A DNA stretch of 52,778 nucleotides, from positions 1-52,778 of IMG/VR virus record IMGVR_UViG_3300021375_001117. One strand, 5' to 3'. The stretch is from a virus (taxonomy: Duplodnaviria; Caudoviricetes). The notes below the pieces were generated by a model. It was not told the origin of the DNA and did not search any database. It saw only the letters and a program-made list of their open reading frames with translations. Every line of letters begins with the position of its first letter. Position 1 is the first letter of the stretch. This document shows positions 46,741 through 52,778 of the stretch, piece after piece. The position numbers were made by a program, and so were the translations under genes.

Positions 46741-47162
46741 TAAAAATAGGCGCAGGAGCAGTTTTCATTTCAAAAAGCACAGGGCGATGTCTCTTACAAT
46801 TAAGAAATAATAGTAATAAAAGAAACAATAACACTTGGGGTCTGTGGGGTGGAATGGTTGACGAAAATGAAACACCGTTGGAATGCCTGCACAGAGAACT
46901 TACAGAAGAAATAGCAGAATACCCAGGCATACTAAAATTAAATCCTATAGATGTTTTCAGAAGCAAAGATAAAAAATTTATATATTACAGTTTTGCGTGT
47001 ATAGTGGAAGACGAATTTATACCTACCCTCAATGAAGAAAGTGCAGGATACTGCTGGGTAGACATTGGCAAGTGGCCCAAACCACTTCATTCAGAAGTTA
47101 AAAAAACCTTAGACAAAAGTGGAACAGAAAAACTTAGACTTATTTTGGAGTTAAATGGATAA
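46683..47162 (+). CDS. Nudix hydrolase (true start uncertain, probably near 46722)
   Basis: Nudix box GGMVDENETPLECLHRELTEE. Confidence 0.88.
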   Translation: MDIRLRRRVQPRVLETGALVKIGAGAVFISKSTGRCLLQLRNNSNKRNNNTWGLWGGMVDENETPLECLHRELTEEIAEYPGILKLNPIDVFRSKDKKFIYYSFACIVEDEFIPTLNEESAGYCWVDIGKWPKPLHSEVKKTLDKSGTEKLRLILELNG

Positions 47163-47958
47163 CAACGATAAAATAATTTTAGTTAGTTTACAAAGATCCG
47201 GAAGTACAAAGTTATCTGTAATCTTAAATCATACACTTATGACCAAGTATCCATTTTACTTTAACAATTCTTTTTTAAAACCTTTTTATGGAGGTGCTGA
47301 CAAGTACGGTAAATTTGAATTGCCTACTCTTATAAAAGTTCAAAAAGGATTAGAATGGTTACATCCACAGAAAATGACTAGTAGATTTACATACACTATA
47401 AAAGGAGATTTAGTTGACGTTAGGTATGGAGATGAAACCAATTCTGGATTGGCTGAATTACCTACAAGATGCGAGTTTTTAAAGTATTTTGCGATAAATA
47501 ATATGCACCAACATTACAAACATATAGTGTCAGGATTTCAAGATAGAGAGACATTATCACAATTTAAACAGCAAGGCTATAGATTAATTGGTACATACAG
47601 ACAAAATAAATGGCATCAATTTTTAAGTTATAACATAGCAAAACACTCAAGATTTATATATTACAAAAACGAAACGTTACAAGAAGTACAGAAACAAATA
47701 AGGCTCACAGAAGACGACATAGTGTACTTTAAGGAACATTTAGATAAGTACGATAGTATTAAGGATATACTAGATGAAGAAATTACTTATGAAGAGATTA
47801 CAACCGACATCGACAAGGTGTCCCACACACTAAACACAGACTTAATCGAGGACGATGATTTTATTGCAAGTCAAAAAATCAATTCCGTTTCTAGAAGTAA
47901 TTTGTTTGCAAACATAGATGAAGCAAAGGAGTTATTCGATTGGCAGGTAAAATATTAG
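47155..47958 (+). CDS. Sulfotransferase-like protein (Stf0 type)
   Basis: PAPS-binding loop QRSGST, R.N...Q.LS motif, ITYEE. Confidence 0.6.
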   Translation: MDNNDKIILVSLQRSGSTKLSVILNHTLMTKYPFYFNNSFLKPFYGGADKYGKFELPTLIKVQKGLEWLHPQKMTSRFTYTIKGDLVDVRYGDETNSGLAELPTRCEFLKYFAINNMHQHYKHIVSGFQDRETLSQFKQQGYRLIGTYRQNKWHQFLSYNIAKHSRFIYYKNETLQEVQKQIRLTEDDIVYFKEHLDKYDSIKDILDEEITYEEITTDIDKVSHTLNTDLIEDDDFIASQKINSVSRSNLFANIDEAKELFDWQVKY

Positions 47959-48566
47959 ACTTTAAACTGATTAGGTTTAAAGAAAGTTTAGAAAAGTTTA
48001 ACAAAACAAATGTTATACCAGACGAATATCTCACGGGTATTTTAAATATAGAAAACTTAAAGGAACATTATTATTCAGACTTGTCAGACGGTTATAAAAA
48101 AATATTTGCTAACTTACAGAGAAAACTTACAGGTAAATTAAGAAAAGATAAACATAATTTGCACGAAACATTCTCTGAAGAGTATGCTACTTTGATGCAA
48201 AATTTAAGAACTAAAAAAGACATATTTGTATTTCCTTCTCTTATGAAAAAATATAGAAAGGATATTAATCCAGCAAGAGCATTGTACTTTGAAATATCAA
48301 ATCTAATGTTACATTTTAATAGTGACGATGAAAGACATATTTGGTTACTAGGATTGTTTAAAGAAAATACTTGGAGACAAGAACTTATTCACAGTTGCTT
48401 ATTAGATGTACAAAACATAGACAGTTTAATATCTAAATATTTCCATCATATGAAAAAAGAAGGTAATGTAAGCCTAGAAATGTTACACATTATAGAAATA
48501 CGAAAAGACTTAAAAACTTATGTTGGCGTGTTCGATGACTTCTCACACTTTGATTACGGCGACTAA
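47940..48566 (+). CDS. Hypothetical protein
   Basis: 208-aa helical ORF ending at the convergent cyclase stop. Confidence 0.65.
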   Translation: MAGKILDFKLIRFKESLEKFNKTNVIPDEYLTGILNIENLKEHYYSDLSDGYKKIFANLQRKLTGKLRKDKHNLHETFSEEYATLMQNLRTKKDIFVFPSLMKKYRKDINPARALYFEISNLMLHFNSDDERHIWLLGLFKENTWRQELIHSCLLDVQNIDSLISKYFHHMKKEGNVSLEMLHIIEIRKDLKTYVGVFDDFSHFDYGD

Positions 48567-50471
48567 TTACTTGTAAAGTTTACGTTGTTCGCCATCGAAT
48601 AACGGTGTATACATTCTAACAGGAATTTCTTTACCTTTTACTTTAATTTCACCTAAATTACCAAATGCTATATCAGGGCATTGCATATAAGTAAACTCAG
48701 AAACAATAATTGGAACATCTTCTGCTCTAGTTTGTGCTTCTAATCTAGCACCTAAGTTTACAGCATCGCCAACAACACTATAATCCATTCTTGCTTCACT
48801 GCCCATATTACCTACAATACAAGGACCTGTGTTTACACCTGTGCCAAATTTTACTCTAGGTAAGCCACGTTCTTCCATTTCTTTTTCTAATTCGTCACCT
48901 AATAGTTCGATTTCCATTGCTGTTTTAACTGCCAACTCGGCGTGATTATCACAAGGTATTGGAGCATTCCAGAATGCCATAATACAGTCTCCCATATACT
49001 TGTCTATTGTTCCGCCGTTAGCAAGTACAATTTTTGTCATCTTATCTAAGAATTCATTTATAAGTTCTACTAATCCTTCTGGATCATCTTCCTTCATATA
49101 TTTTTCTGATATAGGAGTAAAGCCAACTATGTCAGCAAACATAAAACTCATCTCTTTTCTATCACCGCCTAGTGTCATTAAACTAGGATCTTTTACAATC
49201 ATATCTACATACTCTGGAGATATATAGTTTCCGAATTGTCCTTTAATTTGTTGTCGTAATTTAAACTGTTCATAGAAATTATTAAATGCTGATTGTGTAA
49301 ATACCAAAAATGAACTTAGTACTGGAAATGTTGCGTCAAGTAACACCAAACTGCTGGTGTACCTATACACACTAAAGTATGCTATAGCACCCATTATAAT
49401 TAAAGATATAGGAGCACTTGCCCATATAGGTGCTCTTTTAACTACGAGTGTGATTAACAGCATACTCATTAAAGCAACTAAGACTTCATATAACGCACTC
49501 AAATCGCTTCTTTGTATATTTGATCCATCAATAAAATTCTGTAGCATAGCGGCTTGTATGTGCTGTGGATAGAGGTTGCCTCTTGGAGTAGGTACAGGGT
49601 TAGCAATACCTTCTGCTGTAACACCTACTATAACAAACTTACCTGCTAAATCTGGTATACTTTCTGCACCCTCATATTCTATTTCTGTAAATTGGTTGTT
49701 GAATCTTATATATGCTGTGCCGTCTGGTTGTGTTATAATTGGTTGGTAGCCTTTAACTGTAATTTCTTGTACGCCTATTTCATTTGTTTTGACTATATAA
49801 CTTTTGTTACCTGTTTTAACTCTCAACATTTCTACAGCAAAAGAGGGATAAATTTTCTCACCCACAGTAATTGCTAATGGGTATGTTCTTGTTTGATTAT
49901 CTGGTTGTGGTGCAGAAGCATTTACTCCTTTACCGTTACTTGCTGATTCTAATGTATCAACATTAGTAACCAAGTTTGGCCACTTTAACAAATAATCTTT
50001 TGCTGGAACTGGCCCTATTGTGCCTGTGCCTATATGAGGTCCAGATGACTTTACGCCTTTTACACTTGGTGTTTGGCTTAGTACATTGTAGTTTACAGGA
50101 TTACGTCTAGCACCTGGAACGTTCATTACGTTCTGTTTCATCATACCTGAAAAACTTTCATCGCCTTGAAATCTATCTGCTTCTGGAAACATAATAGTCC
50201 AGCCTAATACACCACCATTTTTCATAGCAACGTCTACTACCAATTGAGCATAGTATTGTCTTGGGAAAGGGTACTGTCCGTATTTTGCTAAACTTTTTTC
50301 GCCAATGTTTATTAATACAACATCATTGCTTTGTACTAATTCATCTAATTGTTGATAACTGTCAAAAACTTGACCACGTAAACTTTGTAATGCTGTGGGA
50401 TCTATTATTCTTAAACCAAGCAATAATAAAATTGATACTGCAACTGCATACCCACTATATAACCATTTCAT
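48567..50471 (-). CDS. Membrane-bound class III adenylate cyclase with a CHASE2 sensor domain
   Basis: Start MKWLY at 50471; N-terminal TM, CHASE2 (GQYPFPR), three TMs, then FADIVGFT, DKYMGD, DYSVVGDAVNLGARLE, KGK; Lys/Asp specificity residues indicate ATP. Confidence 0.9.
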   Translation of the reverse strand: MKWLYSGYAVAVSILLLLGLRIIDPTALQSLRGQVFDSYQQLDELVQSNDVVLINIGEKSLAKYGQYPFPRQYYAQLVVDVAMKNGGVLGWTIMFPEADRFQGDESFSGMMKQNVMNVPGARRNPVNYNVLSQTPSVKGVKSSGPHIGTGTIGPVPAKDYLLKWPNLVTNVDTLESASNGKGVNASAPQPDNQTRTYPLAITVGEKIYPSFAVEMLRVKTGNKSYIVKTNEIGVQEITVKGYQPIITQPDGTAYIRFNNQFTEIEYEGAESIPDLAGKFVIVGVTAEGIANPVPTPRGNLYPQHIQAAMLQNFIDGSNIQRSDLSALYEVLVALMSMLLITLVVKRAPIWASAPISLIIMGAIAYFSVYRYTSSLVLLDATFPVLSSFLVFTQSAFNNFYEQFKLRQQIKGQFGNYISPEYVDMIVKDPSLMTLGGDRKEMSFMFADIVGFTPISEKYMKEDDPEGLVELINEFLDKMTKIVLANGGTIDKYMGDCIMAFWNAPIPCDNHAELAVKTAMEIELLGDELEKEMEERGLPRVKFGTGVNTGPCIVGNMGSEARMDYSVVGDAVNLGARLEAQTRAEDVPIIVSEFTYMQCPDIAFGNLGEIKVKGKEIPVRMYTPLFDGEQRKLYK

Positions 50472-50487
50472 ATTAATATTTATTGAC

Positions 50488-51204
50488 TTACCCTGCAAAT
50501 GCACGTTCTAACATAAAGTCTCCATTCTCACCTGTATTGCCTTCTTGCCAATCTAACTCTGAAAAATATTCTCTACATTCTTTGTTCATTTCAGGAGAAC
50601 CACACGCCATTACTACATCTAAATCTTTTCTAAATGTTCTTTCTAATGTAGGTTCAATGTAATCCCAAAATCTTCCTGGTCTGTCAAAATCTTCTCTGGT
50701 TACAGTTGAAATATATCTAAACTTAAACATATTTTGTAGTATTGCTAATCTCGAATTGTATGCCAATTCGTTTTTGGTTCTCACAGTATGAAACAAGTAA
50801 ACATTTTTAAATTTATTATAAGTTTCTATATCATTAACAATACTCATAAAAGGTGCAAGTCCTGTGCCTGTGCTGAGCATAATTAAGTTAGGCTTTGCGT
50901 GTACATAATCAATACATAAACTGCCTGTTGTTTTAGGATTTACTATTACTTCGTCTCCAACTTTTAAATGCTGTAAGCGACTTGTAAGAGGTCCGTCGGG
51001 TACCTTTATGCTTAAGAACTCTAAGTAATCTTCATAATTTGTACTTACTATGCTGTATGCTCTAAGTATAGGTCGAGGCTCAACATCTAATCCAATCATA
51101 GCAAATTCGCCATTTTTAAATCTAAATGTGTTGCTTCTTGTTGTTTTAAAACTGAATAGCCTATCCGAATAGTGGGTTACTTCAATAACTATTTCTTTAT
51201 TCAT
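50488..51204 (-). CDS. fpr: Ferredoxin-NADP+ reductase
   Basis: RAYSIVS, GPLTSRL, STGTGLAPF, TVTRE, CGSPEM motifs. Confidence 0.9.
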   Translation of the reverse strand: MNKEIVIEVTHYSDRLFSFKTTRSNTFRFKNGEFAMIGLDVEPRPILRAYSIVSTNYEDYLEFLSIKVPDGPLTSRLQHLKVGDEVIVNPKTTGSLCIDYVHAKPNLIMLSTGTGLAPFMSIVNDIETYNKFKNVYLFHTVRTKNELAYNSRLAILQNMFKFRYISTVTREDFDRPGRFWDYIEPTLERTFRKDLDVVMACGSPEMNKECREYFSELDWQEGNTGENGDFMLERAFAG

Positions 51205-51222
51205 AATGCTATTTAATTTGTT

Positions 51223-52626
51223 TTAATGTAAGATTGCTGAAAAGCCTGGCAAATTATTTCCTGCCATATGACTTGGTGCGTGATATTGAAATTCATAATC
51301 TAAACTTGAAAAAGGTTTTCTACTTACAATAATCTTTCCGTCTGGTGTAATATCTATTTTTGCTAACTCGGCTCTAGCATTTTGTAAGATATTTTTAATC
51401 ATATTATTGTATTTGTCTTTCTTGTCTATTGTTTTTGCATCTGCTAAAAATCCTGTTCCTAATATATAGGTCATAATGTTTGCACCTGCTGTGCCTTTAC
51501 TGGCGTCCCAACTAGGCTTTCCTGCTTGTTTGGCTTTGGGTTTTATTTCTGTAAGTCCCATATAAAATTTGTGGTCTGCTGGCATTCCTCGAGGTTTGTA
51601 GTTTTCTGCTTGGTCATCATTACCTGACATACTTATAGGGTATACTGCTTTTAAAAAGTCGCCATAATCATTAAACGTTTCGGAATACTCTATTAAATCT
51701 TGAAAGGTAAATGAATCTTTGCCTATTACTAACGACATTGATTTGTGTTCAGGCGTGTCTGCTTGTTCACTACCTGCAATAATTTTATCAACATTTTTTC
51801 CTTCTGTGTCAACAAATGCTCTAAAAAACTTATGTACTCTTTCGTCGTCGGCATCCATTTCAATAGTGCCGGCTTCTGCTTCATCTCTAAACTTATCCAT
51901 ATATTCTTTAATTGCTTTAAAACTTGTACCACTACCACTAGCACTTTTAACACTCACAGGCATACCTGCAATAATTACATCTGCTAACATTTCATTACCT
52001 GGAGGGAAGTCTATACTTTCTGAGTCTTGTGCTAACATTAAGGGAGTAAGTATCTCTCCAAAATCAACACCTGTTTGCCTAACGTCATTGGGATCAATTA
52101 ATTGCATAACACCTTCATCAACTTCTGTTTGTTCCTCTAATGCGACTTCTACTAGTTGTAACAAGAATTCTAGTAATGCCTCATCTTGAATTAATGTTGG
52201 AAGATTTGTTTTTAAATAATTACCTAACTCTTTTTTGTTTAAACTTTTGCCTGCTAGTCCTAAGTTTTTTGGTGTAAGTGATTTTATACCAACTTTAGAA
52301 TTTTGCCTAAGAGCAACAAGTCCAATAAGTTCTTGTCCTGCTAAATCTAAATCTTCAAAATCAACAGGGAAAGTAATTTTAAAAGATTGAGAATACATAC
52401 CACTCAATGCTGGTGCATCATCAAAATTTATACCAATGCCTTGTTCAGTAAACAACCTAACAATCTCTTCTGCATTGTTGTTGATTCTGATGTGTCTTAT
52501 TTTACTAACTCTTGCAACTGACGGTGCTCTTGCTTCTAACCCTAATTTAACAAAAAAAGCCTGTGCTTTATTATAGACTTTAGTCTCAGGTGTTGCCGCT
52601 TCTTGTACTAGTTCATCAAATTGCAT
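51223..52626 (-). CDS. Late protein with a possible PD-(D/E)XK nuclease-like domain, probable internal head protein
   Basis: MQFDELVQEA N-terminus; DFGE...FPPGNEMLAD...VSVK pattern; GATAAATA-N5-ATG. Confidence 0.5.
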   Translation of the reverse strand: MQFDELVQEAATPETKVYNKAQAFFVKLGLEARAPSVARVSKIRHIRINNNAEEIVRLFTEQGIGINFDDAPALSGMYSQSFKITFPVDFEDLDLAGQELIGLVALRQNSKVGIKSLTPKNLGLAGKSLNKKELGNYLKTNLPTLIQDEALLEFLLQLVEVALEEQTEVDEGVMQLIDPNDVRQTGVDFGEILTPLMLAQDSESIDFPPGNEMLADVIIAGMPVSVKSASGSGTSFKAIKEYMDKFRDEAEAGTIEMDADDERVHKFFRAFVDTEGKNVDKIIAGSEQADTPEHKSMSLVIGKDSFTFQDLIEYSETFNDYGDFLKAVYPISMSGNDDQAENYKPRGMPADHKFYMGLTEIKPKAKQAGKPSWDASKGTAGANIMTYILGTGFLADAKTIDKKDKYNNMIKNILQNARAELAKIDITPDGKIIVSRKPFSSLDYEFQYHAPSHMAGNNLPGFSAILH

Positions 52627-52634
52627 AACTGTAT

Positions 52635-52778
52635 TTATCGTTTATTACAAGTGTCTTTGGCTTGATTAAGTAACCTAAAGTTATTTGCAACTACTATAGA
52701 ATATAACATATTAGTATCGTTTAGTTCCTCTGGTGACACAGTTTTATAATAATCGTTATACAATAAGCCAGGCAGAAG
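52635..52778 (-). CDS. C-terminal fragment of a hypothetical protein entering from the right edge
   Basis: Open frame LLPGLLYND...CNKR-stop (TAA at 52635-52637). Confidence 0.5.
   Translation of the reverse strand, partial: LLPGLLYNDYYKTVSPEELNDTNMLYSIVVANNFRLLNQAKDTCNKR

Noticed and set aside
2087-52189. Numerous short opposite-strand or nested ORFs in the track (e.g. 21414-22013, 28643-29005, 51719-52189)
   Set aside because: They overlap well-supported genes and lack motifs or ribosome-binding sites.
1-52778. Stop-codon reassignment, introns or inteins in core genes
   Set aside because: Helicase, UvsX, UvsW, terminase and sheath are uninterrupted and of plausible length in code 11; TAA, TAG and TGA all serve as stops.
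1-52778. tRNA genes, CRISPR arrays or long direct repeats
   Set aside because: Intergenic gaps are short and accounted for by promoters and terminators; no cloverleaf or repeat-spacer pattern seen by eye. tRNAscan-SE and a self dot-plot would confirm.

Overview
This AT-rich, densely coded 52.8 kb window is part of a large T4-related myophage genome, read in standard genetic code 11 and mostly on the minus strand. It has T4-type replication and recombination genes (gp41 helicase, gp61 primase, gp62-like clamp loader subunit, gp32, UvsX, UvsY, UvsW). It also has packaging and morphogenesis genes (gp16/gp17 terminase, gp4, gp13/14/15, gp18 sheath, gp19 tube) and a gp1 dNMP kinase. Host-like auxiliary genes include apt, metK, MazG, a CysC-HxGH fusion, ribosomal protein bL33, a TonB-dependent receptor, a CHASE2 adenylate cyclase, fpr, a sulfotransferase, a Nudix hydrolase and a 2OG-Fe(II) oxygenase; they suggest a Gram-negative, probably aquatic, proteobacterial host (inference). 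Four features stand out. (1) A stand-alone ATPase transcription unit has a 3' UTR that can form an H-type pseudoknot over the stop codon and carries an antisense copy of the gene's own Shine-Dalgarno and start codon. (2) A 189-aa minimal DnaE (family C polymerase) core keeps its catalytic aspartates. (3) At least 14 genes have a late-promoter motif (TAAATA) only 5-7 nt before the ATG, implying systematic leaderless translation. (4) Several probable head-packaged enzymes (amidoligase, ParB-like, ligase-like, nuclease-like) share N-terminal capsid-targeting-like or LxxLAGL motifs. I recognised no tRNA, rRNA, CRISPR array, integrase or transposase. All calls come from manual motif recognition, not database searches.
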